A stretch of 64,000 nucleotides of DNA from Anthoceros angustus (taxonomy: Eukaryota; Plantae; Anthocerotophyta): contig VJWM01000063.1 of the NCBI GenBank assembly GCA_010909165.1, positions 868,001-932,000 on the forward strand, given 5' to 3'. Every line of letters begins with the position of its first letter. Position 1 is the first letter of the stretch. This document shows positions 49,343-63,750 of this stretch, piece by piece. Under the pieces are notes generated by a model. That model was not told where the DNA came from, searched no databases, and worked only from the letters and a program-made list of their open reading frames with translations. The translations under genes and the position numbers were made by a program.

Positions 49343-52300
49343 GGATGAATTGGTGAGGCAAAGACAATCAGCGAAGGTGTTGGAACGAGAATGATGGCAA
49401 AGATCTCGAGGGAATTCCACATCGTACAAAGATCCATTCGCCATGTTTTAGCAGATTATTAGAGAGTGCAATGTTTGATGATTATTAGAAAGTTTGCGCA
49501 ATGTTTGAGAGATCATTAGAAAGTTTGTGCAATGTTTGATGATCATTAGAAAGTTTGTGCAATGTTGTGATTATTAGAAAGTGCAATGTTTGATGATTAT
49601 TAGAAAGTGCAGCGTTGCATTCGTGGTCTCCAAGCTAACAAACATCTTCTCGACGCGATTAAAAGATAAAACACCCACCAAGCACAACACGAGGCTCCTG
49701 TGTAGCACAATAATAACACTCACCAAACACAATACGAGATCCCAAGTAGCACAATATTAGCCCCAAGTAGTTCGTTTCTTCTTTCTCTTTTAAGAAATGA
49801 CGGATTTTATCTCGAAATCCTAAATACCCAAAACTTCTCATGACTTGACAACGGCCCCTGCGATTTATCCGTCTTTGAAATACATACTCAAAAGGCCCCA
49901 TCTACCTATACATCGATACCGCAGAAAGTGAAGGCCTAACCCACTGTGATGCACGATGCCAAGCCTCCGGCTTTCAACGCCTAACCATTGCACCTTTTTG
50001 TGCTAGAGACGTGCTATGGTTTGGGTTTTGTATGGCAAAATCATGTGCGTGTTGAGCAAAAATCTTGGGTACAAAAAGGTATCCAACTCAATGGAACGAA
50101 GAGACTGCGATGATATACCATGTGATACTAAGTGCTCCAATTCGGGAACCATGCCAAGACTTGTGACATTAGTTCCTACCCATCTTGGAACCATGCCGTG
50201 CCATGTTACAATTTAAGGGGCATAATTAGTAATTATGACCAAGTGCATAACAAGGCCTAATTGTTTTAGTAGTGTGAAAGAAACATCAAGGGTACGTAAA
50301 CGCTACTTTCTTCCATGTTGTGATGAACCTACACCAAAACGCTAAGCGTGTTTGGGTATCTACTTGTTTTAAAATATTTACAAGGATATTTATTTACTAT
50401 TTATCCTATTTTCCAATTATAAACAATAGAGCAAGGTGCTCCAAGCCAAATGCAATTTTTCTCATCTCAATGCAATAATAGATGAAAACAATGAGCTATT
50501 AGAAACACCCTAGTTTTGTTTTCCAACAAATGACCCTTCCATGCATGTTTTAGTGAATTCATTCTAAACCTAAACTCACATAGCAACACACCACCATATG
50601 CGAGATTGAGCTTCCACAAAATATGCCACTACTAGAGCGGTTGATAACAAAAAGGAACATGGAGGGATCTCAATATCAAGGTATGGTGTACCGTTCTCAT
50701 CGGTTTTTATGGTGGTTCACGTGAAATGTTTTCCGCGACATACGACGGAAAGCTTGTATGTCACACACTTGGTGACATCGGCCACGCAGCCATCCCGCGT
50801 GTATTGTTGTCGGTAGGTGTGTGATACGCACATCTTTATGCATAGAAGATGCCAAGGATTGATGCGTACACAGAGGAAAATAATGTTGACACACACAACT
50901 CACGCCATGATGAGATTGGTACGCCATACCGAGGTGCTTCACAACATCTAAACGGGTTTACAATTGACCCAATAACCATACACACATCGAACTAGAGGCC
51001 TCCTATGTCATGTGCTGGGAGGCCACACATTGTGGTCCCATGGGCCATAACAACTGCGGTTAGGCCTCTAAGGGTGGGTTCACACGGACCCTCATGTCAA
51101 GAGCCGTACTAGGACTTGGTCTAAACCATGTCATGGTGGCCATTTACTGATCCTCGCCGCTTCACACGGACTTGGCCTAAACCATGTCATGGTGGCCAGC
51201 CCTCGGTTTCAACACCAGGTGTGGGCCACCTACTTTCACTTATTGATAAATAAAGTGAAATGTCTTAGGCAAGAGGAGGTGAAAAGGACCCTTCCTTCGC
51301 ACCAACACATTCATACCATCTTCTAGAGTCATTATATTTTTGTCTTCCACCCGCTCTTGTGCGGCCTTCTCTAGTTTGAGTTTATTTTAGGTTGTTAGAT
51401 TTTCTATTTTAAATACATTTTATCATGTTATCCAAGATGGATCCACATACTAGGCATTTATGGATGTGTTTATTATTGGGCTTATGTTATATATTACTTT
51501 GGAGCTTTGGAGTACACATCATCCATGTGAATGGATTTGTTTTACATCCATTATGATCGGTAGTACTTTGTCGAGTGATCTCCATAATGCTTCATTAGAG
51601 ATTTAGCATTCGGATCCAAGACGCATTCAATTCAAGATGGATGCGCGGACGCATGAAGATGCGAACACATTCGCCCACTCGAGCAACAGGAGGCAATCCG
51701 CTCTATCTCCTCATATCCTATGCCATGCCTCCATCAATTTGGTAGGCCACACAACTCATACCTTCAAACCGCTAGATCCGATGGGGCGTGGAACCCTAAA
51801 GTGTGTGGGAGCAAGGAGGCATGGAGCCGCCAGAGTATGGTAACTCGGCGAAAGAAGAAAAGTGTTCGTAAGGTCTGCAAATTTGAATTGCATAACGCGC
51901 GCATGCCCTAGTGTTGTGCACAATGCAATGATGCGCCACTAATCTCTACTCAATGTGAAGACATCTCACATCTAGATCTCACTCAACCATGGGCTGTCCG
52001 TGGCTTGAAGGTGCTTGCCACCGCTAGGATGCCGATTCTCTATTTCATTAACCTACAAGAGTGTTTTCTAACTCTTCATAAAGTAATACCTTCTTGGACA
52101 CGATAGCCCATTAAGCCTATTTTAATTTGTTTATTATGAAAGTGATTTTACTCCTTCATATCGGGATGGTCATATTTGTAAAAGTAGCTTATATTTATAA
52201 TGTATATCTACTATGATTTAGACTTTCTTGTGATGCCAAAATTTATATATCGTAAAATAATGTTTCCATCAATAGCTCCTAGGTTGATATATGTAATTTT

Positions 52301-52914
52301 GGCCATGAAACCACGAAATTATGGATTTAGAGGGTTTTCATTTAGATCCAAGACGCTTTTACACCCTTCAAAGTAGTGACTAGGAGCCATCACTATTCCT
52401 AAGGAGACCTTGTTCGATGAGAAGGGAAAAGGAAGTGGGCACCAACCGCTTGTCGCATTACCTTCTCACTCGACATATGCTTGCAAGCCTATAATCAAGG
52501 TGAGGCCCATACCACGTTGACTGCTAATTCTGATATTGCTCTCTCAAGATGGGAAATGCTAATCCACAAGAGGGATGCATTGCTTAACATGGAATTGCTG
52601 TAATAGGAAGCGCCAAGAAGGGAGAGAGGATAATACTACTTAAGGAGCTGAGGGCTAGTAAGGTCACTTGCTCCCACTATTATGTCTATTTTTGTCACAT
52701 TAATCATAATTTGAATTAATATACAAAATAAACAAATCATATTGTCTATATATGTGATATGGCCACATGTAAATTAATTTGCATTGAGTCTCTCCATATC
52801 CTATTGTCTATATATGTGATGTTGCCTAGGTGTAAATTTATTCGATCGAGTCTCGTGAAACTAGTTTGCCAATGAAACTAGTCCCCTTTGTCAGGCCTTT
52901 TTCTCTCTTTCGCG

Positions 52915-54744
52915 TGATCCTCTCATTTTTCGACAAGTCGTGATATCAACCAATGCAAAGAGGTGTGGCTCAGAGGCGAGGCGAATGGCGTGTGTAGTTA
53001 ATGGCGATGGGAGCAACTCCTGCTACCAATGCGGGTTTGTAGTTAATAGCATGGCTTCGAACTTGAAGCCGTTGCGGCATCAATCCTGTCGTAAGGAGGA
53101 TGAAGGATGGCGGAAGTAGTACGTGAGGCGATTTGCCCATGGAAATCGGAGAAGAAATGGAGCCCAAGGCTTAGTAATGGTAACGGGTGCCAACTCAAAA
53201 GTGCGAGCAATGCTCCAAGGAATCGAGAAACATGGGCGATTGGAGGCCAATTTTTGGGGTAGCAAGTGGTAATGGGGCAACAAATGGTAATGCCTCTTAT
53301 GATGGCAAGAGGAGAGTGAAGCCTGCTTTCAGCACTGGCCGGGTCGAAGCTTGAGGCCCACGAAGCGGTCACACTCAAAAGTACTTCTGCCTGGTGGTGA
53401 GTCTCCTTTGGATGAGCCCAAGGCCAACGGTGCTACTGCCGCTATGGTGAAGACGGTGTCTGAAAATTGTGTCCCTTCAAGAAACCCGAATGATCGAACG
53501 CTCACCGGCCACTTAGAGTGGAACTTCATATAAGGATGCAGCACTTGCACTTCACGTTCAAGTGAGGCCTCCGCATCTGGTAGCTAAAGGACACGGATAG
53601 CGAGCCTCTTCCACATCAACAGTGAAAGTGCTAATGTGGTGAAGAATGTAAGTCGATGAGGCGGACGTCATGACAAAGTGAACGCAGAGAAAAAATGTCA
53701 TTGTTCATGGGAAGAGGTGGGCCGATGTGGGCGACAAACCTCCTGTTAGGGGAGAGAATTATGAATGGAATCTCCAACAAGGTTGTTCAAAGCTAGTGAA
53801 AATGGTCACAAGACAAAGCAAAGTAATGGAGTGGACGGCATAGCCACAAACATAATGGAGTGTTCAAGGGTTTGCGAAAATGAAGGGTGGATCCAAGGCA
53901 CGTGAAGAGAAGAAGCAAATGCCCAAAGTGGGCGGATCTCCGCCAAGGTCTATGATAATGGTCAAGCACCGGGCTTGCAAACGGTCATAGTGACGATGTG
54001 TATCGGGCAATTGAGAGCCTTCTATGGTGAAGGGAGTTGTCCAAAATGGTGGCGTGGCCTCATAGTGGATAGTAATGGTCATCATGTCATTGAGGCGAGC
54101 ATGAGCCATGCATCTACCCCAAGCAATGAGATAAGCAATGGTGAGTGGAATATCACGTTTGGTACTATAGTGAATGTGACATAAAGGCATTAGTTGAGAA
54201 TACAAGTTCGTGAGATGGTGAAAGGAGTTATAGCCCTAAAGCCATCGGTGAAAGTAAGGAACATGTTAAACCTTCCAGAGATTGGTTCAAATAGTATAAA
54301 CGATGATGAGGGGCAATTTCTTGCAAAGGCAATTCAGATAGTGGGGCAGCCACATTTACAGATTTGTGAGAAGGAGGAGACATATATACCTCGAGAGATA
54401 TCTTGGTGCGATCAAGCATGGAGGAAGCTGAAAATAGTCAACCCGAGATCGCACCTAACCGCATGCGACAATAAAACTTTCTGCTTGGCTCTACCTTTCA
54501 CTCCTCCATCGTGACTCTATTCTAAGACCGGCTTTCCCGCCATGTGACAACAGTTACTCCAGTGCAAGGTGGCCTTGCTCCTAACTGCCACCTCGGTCTC
54601 GATCGGCTTGACCCCTCTTTTCTCAAGTGTTCAGCTAGTGGTGGTGTCGACAAGGCAAGGGTCTTGGACGGGAAGAGGGTGATCATGAACCCTAACGCCA
54701 TGGAATACATCCCAAGGTCAAAGAGGCCCTTGTTGTCCCTTTAA
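52915..54744 (+). pseudogene. Same ORF remnant, copy 3
   Basis: MNPNAMEYIP at 54685-54714; GEWNITFGTI at ~54140-54170. Confidence 0.55.
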
Positions 54745-55147
54745 GGATGCTGGGGTGGTGAGGCATAATGGCGTAAGGTGTTGGAGCAGAATGATGGCAA
54801 AGATCTCCGGAGGAATTCCACATCGTACAAAGATCCATTCGCCATGTTTAATGATTATTAGAGAGTGCAATGTTTGATGATTATTAGAAAGTTTGCGCAA
54901 TGTTTGATGATCATTAGAAAGTTTGTGCAATGTTTGATGATCATTAGAAAGTTTGTGCAATGTTTGGCGATTATTAGAAAGTGCAATGTTTGATTATTAG
55001 AAAGTGCAGCGTTGCTGGTCTCCAAGCTAACAAACATCTTCTCGACGCGATTAAAAGATAAAAACACCCACCAAGCACAACACGAGGCTCCTGTGTAGCA
55101 CAATAATAACACTCACCAACACAAAGTTTAGATCCCAAAGTAAGCCC

Positions 55148-58100
55148 CAAGTTTGATTTTTTGGCTAAGACGATTGAAGAGGAACATGCGAAAAACCTCT
55201 TGAACTAGGTGTGGAATTTGTTAGGAAGGCAAAAGGATATCCCGGGAGGAAAAAGCGAAGCGACCCCGACGAGCGGAGGCGGTCAAAGGTTGGTGGTGGC
55301 GGACTACCCACCGTGAATGCCACACTACTGCTGAGTGGGGAGCGGACTACCGCGGTTGGCAGACTACATGATGAAAAATCTCGGCTAAAAAATTTAGAAT
55401 AGAGGGGATATCCACTATATATGCTCACCAATAGGGAATAAATATATATAGTAATTAGAAAGCGGTTAATTAGGATAGCGGGCGAGTAGGAAAATAGGTA
55501 GTTTAGATAGAATTAGGATTTTGGAATGATGAACCCAATCTAGGGTTGTGTGTGGCGGTGGACATCAAGGAGGCAAAGTGCGGTTTTGGGCGCTTCCTCC
55601 TTGAGAACGGCGTTGGAGCGCAAAGGAAGGAAGGCGCCATCGCGAGAAGGCGCCATCGCGAGCAAGGGAGAAGGCGCCATCGAGGAAGGAAGGAAGGCGC
55701 CATCGAGGAAGGAAGGAAAAAGCTAGACACGAGCAAGGAGAGAATCAGCACCTGGGAGGAAGTGTGGGCGGAGGAGGAAAGGCAAGGGAAGGCGCCATCG
55801 AGGAGGAAAGGCAAGGGAAGGCGTTGCGACAGGTGCGGCGCTCGGAGAAGAAGGACAGGAGGAGGAAAGGCAAGGGAAGGGCCAGGCTAGTGCTGCCGGT
55901 GAAGTGTGGTTGCTACCCAAGGAGAAGTGTTTGGAGAAGTGAGCAATGAGATTGGGAAGTAATTCCTTCCTTTAAAACACTTGGAAGGAAGCCATGCCTC
56001 GAGGAGGAAAGGCAAGGGAAGGAGCCGCCCAGCAAGGCTCTCCTCGCGAGAGGAAGGAAAAAGGTGAGCCCGAGGAGGAGGTGACTTGTGCCCCATTGCT
56101 TCTTGCAGCTCAACCCAGATTTGGTTGATTTCGGTGGCGGAGGAAAACATCCAATTAGGATGGGTGTATGGCCAATGGGCCTACACCAATTTGGAATTGA
56201 TTGAGGAGTGTTACATCAACCTCCATCAATCGGGCGACCCTCGCCCCAGGAATGCTAGACGGATCCCATTGTTGGGAAGAAGCATTCGGCAGTGTATGGA
56301 AGACCGGAGGAGGAGCAATTGCTCTCCTCGAAAGGTCAATGGAGGGAAGAGGACACCTCTCGGCCCATGAGAGTTCCTTGACATGATGGATGGAGGAGTG
56401 AAGGCCCAGAATGGGTGGAAGGCCAAGAGCATCAAGGAGGTGAAGTGGAGGCTCTTCGCAAAGATTGTCTTTGGGGTTGGTAAATTACCAACGCACTTCT
56501 TATTCAGCAACTTCCTCCAATTTTGTGGAAGATTTCCATGGGAGCCAAGCGGATTGGGGACTATCATGTATGAGGCGTACATACACCATCGAGAAGCTCC
56601 TCAAGCCAAATTCGGTGGATGAGGAAGGGCCAGGCCATGCTACCTCGCACCTATTTGGTGCATTTATGGGAAAGCAGGGACTCCTCACAAGCAAGGAGCT
56701 TGAAGATGCATGGCATCCCTTTGAGGTCATCCACCTCCGGAGTTTGGAAGGCCTTTTGCCTTTTGCATTGCAAGGCGGTGGGAGGTCGGACCTCCACAAA
56801 CATGCTAGAAGCAAGAGGAGATCGGAGGCAACAAGTTGCGGAGTGGGAATCCTTCCCCAGGGAGCAAGCAAGGGAGAGCAAGGGCCGGAAGGCCGAATGG
56901 TGGTCTATGAGAGAAGGACCACGGGAGGGGTGTGACCCCAAGTGGGGAGTCCCACCATCTCCTTTGTGCCTACGAGAGGCACCCCGTGACTACCGGTGAG
57001 GCGGTCTACCCAAGGGGTGGGCGGCCTCGTGGTAGGTCGACCTACCATGGTAGGTAGGCGGTCTACCCAAGGGGTGGGCAGCCTACCAGGTGGCGGGCAC
57101 CTCGCCGGGCAAGCGACCCTCGGTGGCGGGGAAGGGAAGGAGGAGCAGGCGCCGCGGCGCGCCACCACCCTCTTACCAGGTGGGAGGCGGATGGGCGGCA
57201 GTGAAGGGACCCGCGCCCGCCGCGTGTGAAGTCGGGAGGCTGGAATTTCCAGAGAAGAGAGGGTGGAATTAGGACCCCTAGGAGAATTCTTTGGGTGCTT
57301 GTGAAGCACTCAGCGTGGATTTGAAGGGGCTAGGGACCTAGCAGCCTCCTTGTGGGCATGCCAAGAGGTGAAATCTCAAGACATGGCGGGAAGGCGGGGA
57401 CTAAGTGGCAATTGGAGGCCATGGAGTCCGATGAAAAGGCAGCCAATTGGAAAGGCATGAGAAGCTCAGTGACCTCATGGATGGCGAGAAGCCACGGAGG
57501 GAAGTTGTCATGAAGAAAGAGCCATTGAACAACCCAAAAGGACTCTTGGAGGCAAAAGGCGGAAGAGCATTTTGCCCAATTGGAGCAAGAGAGAGGAAAA
57601 GCAAGGGAGGCACTAGGAAGGAGGCGGGCAACTCGGCAAGTGGCCGCACATGAGCGGTGATGGCTACTCAAGCTATCAAAATCCGGGATATGGGAGAGGT
57701 TGAGAAGGACCCGGTACAATTTGGAAGAGAAAGAGGAGCACTCTGGCTGGGAGTAATTCCTTCCTTTAAAACACTTGAGGAAGGCCGCCATGCCTCGAGG
57801 AGGAAAAGGCAAGGGAAGGAGCCAGTTCCTCGCGAGAGGAAGGAAGGAAAAGGCGAGAAGCCTGGAGGAAGAGCATTTTGCCCAATTCACTTGCGGCGGC
57901 TCAACCCCGAGATTTGGTTGATTTTCGGTGTGGGCGGAGGAGAACATCCAATTAGGATGGGTGTATGGCCAATGGGCCTACACCAATTTGGAATTGATTG
58001 AGGTGTTACATCAACCTCCATCAATAGCGCCCTAGGAAGGAATGCTAGACGGATCCCATTTGTGAAGCATTCGGCAGTGTATGGAAGACCGGAGGAAGGA

Positions 58101-61100
58101 AATGGGGTGCTCTCCTCGAAAGGTCGAATGGAGGAAGAGGACAGCCCTCTCGACATCCAGAGTTCCTTGACATGATGGATGGAGGAGTGAAGCCCACGCC
58201 AAGAATGGTGGAAGGAGAGCATCAAGGTGAAGTGGAGGCTCTTCGCAAAGATTGTGCTGGGGTTGGTAAATTACGCACTTCTTATTCGACCAACTTCCTC
58301 CAATTTTGTGGAAGATTTCCATGGGAGCCAAGCGGATTGGGGACTATCATGTATGAGGCGTACATACACCATCGAGAAGCTCCTCAAGCCAAATTCGGTG
58401 GATGAGGAAGGGCCAGGCCATGCTACCTCGCACCTATTTGGTGCATTTATGGGAAAGCAGGGACTCCTCACAAGCAAGGAGCTTGAAGATGCATGGCATC
58501 CCTTTGAGGTCATCCACCTCCGGCCGAGGTTGGAAAGGCCTTTTGCCTTTTGCATTGCGGAAGGCGGTGGGAGGTCGACCTCACAAGCATGCTAGAAGCA
58601 AGAGGAGAAGGTGCGGAGGCAACAAGTTGCGGGTGGGAATCTCTTCCAGGAGCAAGCAAGGGAGAAGGCAGAAGCGGCCGAGGAAGGCCGAATGGTGGTC
58701 TATGAGAGAAGGACCACGGGAGGGTGGCGGCCCAAGGGTGGGGAGTCCCACCATCTCCTTTGTGCCTACGAGAGGCACCCGCACTACCGGTGAGGCGGTC
58801 TACCCAAGGGGTGGGCAGCCTACCGTGGTAGGCGGTCACCATGGTAGGTAGGCGGTACCACGTGAGGCTACGGTGGCGGGCACCCCTCGCCGCGCAAAAC
58901 GGTGGCGGGGAAGGGAAGGAGAAGGTGCGCGCGGCGAGGCCACCATCTCCGCTGGGTGGGAGGCGGATGGAGCGGCAGTGAAGGGACCCGTGGCCGGTCG
59001 GGAGAGCTGGAAATTTCCAGCAAAGGCGGAGGGTGGAATTAGGACCCCTAGGAGAATTCTTTGGGTGTGAAGCACTCAGCGTGGATTTGAAGGGGCTAGG
59101 GACCTAGCAGCCTCCTTGTGGGCATGCCAAGAGGTGAAATCTCAAGACATGGCGGGAAGGCGGGGACTAAGTGGCAATTGGAGGCCATGGAGTCCGATGA
59201 AAAGGCAGCCAATTGGAAAGGCCTTTTGCCTTTTGCATTGCGGAAGGCGGTGGGAGGTCGGACCTCCACAAGCATGCTAGAAGCAAGAGGAGAAGGTGCG
59301 GAGGCAACAAGTTGCGGGGTGGAATCTTTCCCCAGGGCAAGCAAGGGAGAGGCGGAGGAAGGCCGAATGGTGGTCTATGAGAGAAGGACCACGGGAGGGT
59401 GGCGGAGGGGTGAGTCCCACCATCTCCTTTGTGCCTACGAGAGGCACCCGCCCTACCGGTGAGGCGGTCTACCCAAGGGGTGGGCGGCCTCGTGGTGGCA
59501 TCGACCTACCATGGTAGGTAGGCGGACTACCACGGTGGGTGACCACCCTACCAGTGGCGGGCACCCCTCGCCGCAAGCGACCTCGGTGGCGGGGAAGGGA
59601 AGGAGAAGCGCAGGCGCATGGCGCGCCACCATCTCCGCCCAGGTGGGAGGCGGATGGGCGGCAGTGAAGGGACCCAGCGCCCGCCAGCCGATGGCCGAAG
59701 TCGGGAGGCTGGAATTTCCAGAGAAGAGGAGGGTGGAATTAGGACCCCTAGGAGAATTCTTTGGGTGCTTGTGAAGCACTCGGCGTGGATTTGAAGGGGC
59801 TAGGGACCTAGCAGCCTCCTTGTGGGCATGCAAGAGGTGAAATCTCAAGACATGGGGAAGGGGACTAAGTGGCAATTGGAGGCCATGGAGTCATGAAAAG
59901 GCAGCCAATTGGAAAAGGTAGAAGCTCAGTGACCTCATGGATGGCGAGAAGCCACGGAGGGAAGTTGTCATGAAGAAAGAGCCATTGAACAACCCAAAAG
60001 GACTCTTGGAGGCAAAAGGCGGAAGAGCATTTTGCCCAATTGGAGCAAGAGAGAGGAAAAGCAAGGGAGGCACTAGGAAGGAGGCGGGCAACTCGGCAAG
60101 TGGCCGCACATGAGCGGTGATGGCTACTCAAGCTATCAAAATCCGGGATATGGGAGAGGTTGAGAAGGACCCGGTACAATTTGGAAGAGGCCGGCTGAAG
60201 CACAAGACCGGAGGCTGGCGAAGATGGCAAGCGGAGAAGGAGGCTTGCCGGCAATTAGAGACTGGAACAAGGAGGTCTCGGGAGGAGGGCGCCACAAGAA
60301 GGTGGTGCAGAATCTTGGTAGTGAGCGATTTTGGGCGGACTATGCCCTTGAGCAAAATTGGCCAGCTAAAGGAAGTGAGGGAGGAGAATGTGACCCTCCA
60401 TGTCAAGGTGGGGGTGACCACCTCGAGATGCCTACAAGGTAGGTGTGAGGATGGAGAGTGGCCACGGAGTTGATGATCTCCAAATGCAATATCATAACTT
60501 GGGGGCTCACCTCCACAATCTTGAAGGCCAACAATGAGTCTTACGGTTGGCCAAGGAGGACATTGGGTCCTCATGATGATGATGAAGAGGCAGCAAGTGC
60601 GGCGGAGGCCTCCGATTTTGATGAGGCCATCGGTGAAATGGACTCAGGAATCGAGTCGGGAGGTGAAGGAGGCCGTGGCGCAGGGTGGAGGCGGAGGCGA
60701 GAGGGGCCCACCCTCGGGGTCACCCTACCACGGTGGGTGACCACCCTACCATGGTAGTGCCGGACTACCACGGTGGGTGACCACCCTACCATGGTGATGC
60801 GCGGACTCTGGGTGGCAGTGCCAGCAGGCACAGGCTGTGGGAGTTGGGCGAGGCAAAGATGGGAGCCGGGGGTCGTGTACCTAAGGAGGCGGTTGGGTGG
60901 TGGGAGAGACAACCGGAGAAAAGAGGTCGGGCCGTCGGAGGGCGGAAGGGTGAGAATCCCTTATCCAAGTAAGGAGGCAGGACCCGAGGAGGAATCCAGC
61001 GAGGGCCGGAGAGATTGGAAATCGCATGGTGGGCGGATGGGGATGAAGGTGCTCTATGATAGGTATGGACAAATCAAGCGAGGCAAAGAACAGAAGATCT

Positions 61101-62546
61101 TCACCCAGAAACCTCACAGGGAGGAAGAAGGAAGAAGGAGAGAGCTAGGGGCGGACTACCAAGTGACCTACGATGATCTGCGGACTACAGCGGTGAGTCT
61201 TGAATAAGGTGACCGATGGAGAAAGGCGCCTAGGTGCGGACATTAAATCTTGGCGGGAAGCCTTGATTCTTTGGAGGCGGAGGAATCAGGCGCCGCCCGG
61301 AGATGGAGGAAGGGCAAGATTGTGACCCACACATTAGGAAGCGGACAAAGGCTGGGAAGGGCAAGAGCAAAAGGAGGCGAGGCCAATCCACCACGGACGT
61401 CCCTACCCCAGTGAAGACTAGATATGGTCAAGGGCCATAAATGCTAGGTAGAAGAATAGGAAGGACGGTGATGTCGACATCCTTGAGGATAGACTTAGGT
61501 GAAGTTGCTAGAATAGAATTTACCAAGGAGCGGACAATAGACTTAGGTGCGGACATTAAATCTTGGCGGTAGGAAATAATAGAATATTGGAAAAGGTGAC
61601 TGCGGTAGGGTCACCCAAGGGAGGTTGTATGTGGAAGGCCTCCTATAAGAGGAGGAGGTTTCACAAAGTAAAGTATCATGTCTTGCGCTTCCACGCTCAT
61701 AGTCCTTTGCCATTCTGGAGGAATTTAAATTTGTGAGCCAACCGGTCTGGTAGAGGAAGTCGCGGTGGTCGGAGTGCTTGGTGGAGGACTTGCTCCAAGT
61801 GCCTAAGCAGTTGCTCCCCTTGTGAATGGTTCTTTGTGAAATTGCTTTGCTTTGGGTGTGTGGCAAATGCCGGAGAACTCTCGGCTTGAGGGTAGACTAC
61901 GGGGAAAGACTCACAGAGGTTCTCATTGTCGTGTCAAACTCACGGCCCAAGGAAGAACTTCTTTGGTGAGGCGGACCCAGGCGGTTGTCGTAAGGCAGTC
62001 GAAACCGATGGCCAGGAGGTTAGACTAGGAGGAAGAGGATGAGGAGATGAGAAGATGAGTAGAGGATTAGAGGTGTGGGTGTTGGTGGAAGGCCACAGGC
62101 GAGCCTAAGGGACGAATCCCAAATCTGCAAGTAAGAGCTCACAGGTGGAGAAGGTGGTCTTAAGTAGGGCGAAATCGCGGTGTGAACCGGGGGTCCACAG
62201 GCGCCGTGGTAGGCTCCTTCTTCTGAGGCGGGACACTGCAATTGTGTTGTGTCGTTGTAGGTGGTTGGTCTTAAGTAGGGCGAAATCGGTGTGAACGGGG
62301 GTCCACAGGCGCCGTGGTAGGCTCCTCTTCTTGAGGCGGGACATTTGTTGTGTCGTTGTGGGTGATTGGTGATTTTAGCGTGCAAGTGGTCGGTATGTAG
62401 GAGAGTAGGCGCCTTGCTTGTTGAGAAGGTGAGAGTTGTCGGTGCGATTGGTGACCACAAGGCCTCGAATTTTCACACAAGTCTCATGGGACGAAACCCA
62501 GCGTCTGAAGCGGCAGTGGGATAAGTGTGGCGCTATAGTGGGAGGC
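55148..62546 (+). mobile_element. LTR-only insertion of the same Gypsy family, both termini missing, with internal 1.8-kb and 0.68-kb duplications
   Basis: Collinear with the reverse complement of 4114-9316 except for two backward jumps (at ~57730 and 59213). Lacks ~50 bp at the TG end and ~30 bp at the CA end. No gag or pol. Confidence 0.9.
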
Positions 62547-63750
62547 CCTTGTAGCACAATAATAACACTCACCAAACACAATACGAGATCCCAAGTAGCA
62601 CAATATTAGCCCCAAGTAGTTCGTCGTTTCTTCTTTCTCTTTTAAGAAATGGCCGGATTTTATCTCGAAATCCTAAATACCCAAAACTTCTCATGACTTG
62701 ACAACGGCCCTGCGATTTATCCGTCTTTGAAATACATACTCAAAAGGCCCCATCTACCTATACATCGATACCGCAGAAGTGAAGGCCTAACCCATGTATG
62801 CAGTACGATGCCAAGCCTCCGCAACGCCTAACCATTGCACCTTTTGTGCTAGAGGCGTGCTATGGTTTGGGTTTTGTATGGCAAAAATCATGTGCGTGTT
62901 GAGCAAAAATCTTGGGTACAAAAAGGTATCCAACTCAATGGAAGCGAAGAGACTGCTGCGATGATATACCATGTGATACTAAGTGCTCCAATTCGGGAAC
63001 CATGCCAAGACTTGTGACATTAGTTCCTACCCATCTTGGAACCATGCCGGGCCATGTTACAATTTAAGGGGCATAATTAGTAATTATGACCAAGTGCATA
63101 ACAAGGCCTAATTGTTTTTAGTAGTGTGAAAGAAACATCAAGGGTAAACGCGTTACTTTCTTCCATGTTGTGATGAACCTACACCAAAACGCGTTTAAGC
63201 GTGTTTGGGTATCTACTTGTTTTAAAATATTTACAAGGATATTTATTTACTATTTATCCTATTTTCCAATTATAAACAATAGGGCAAGGTGCTCCAAGCC
63301 AAATGCAATTTTTCTCATCTCAATGCAATAATAGATGAAAACAATGAGCTATTAGAAACACCCTAGGTTTGTTTTCCAACAGACAGCCCTTCCATGCATG
63401 TTTTAGTGAATTCATTCTAAACCTAAACTCATATAGCAACACACCACCATATGCAGAGACTGAGCTTCCACAAAATATGCCACTACTCGGTAGCGGTTGA
63501 TAACCAAAAAAGGAACATGGAGGGGATCTCAATATCAAGGTATGGTGTACCATTCTCATCGGTTTTATGGTGGTTCACGTAAAATGTTTTCCGCGACATA
63601 CGACGGAAAGCTTGTATGTCACACACTTGGTGACATCGGCCACGCAGCCATCCGCGTGTATTGTTGTTGTGAGGTGTGTGATACGCATCTTTATGCATAG
63701 AAGATGCCAAGGATTGATGCGTACAGTCTGAGGAGGAAAATAATGTTGAC

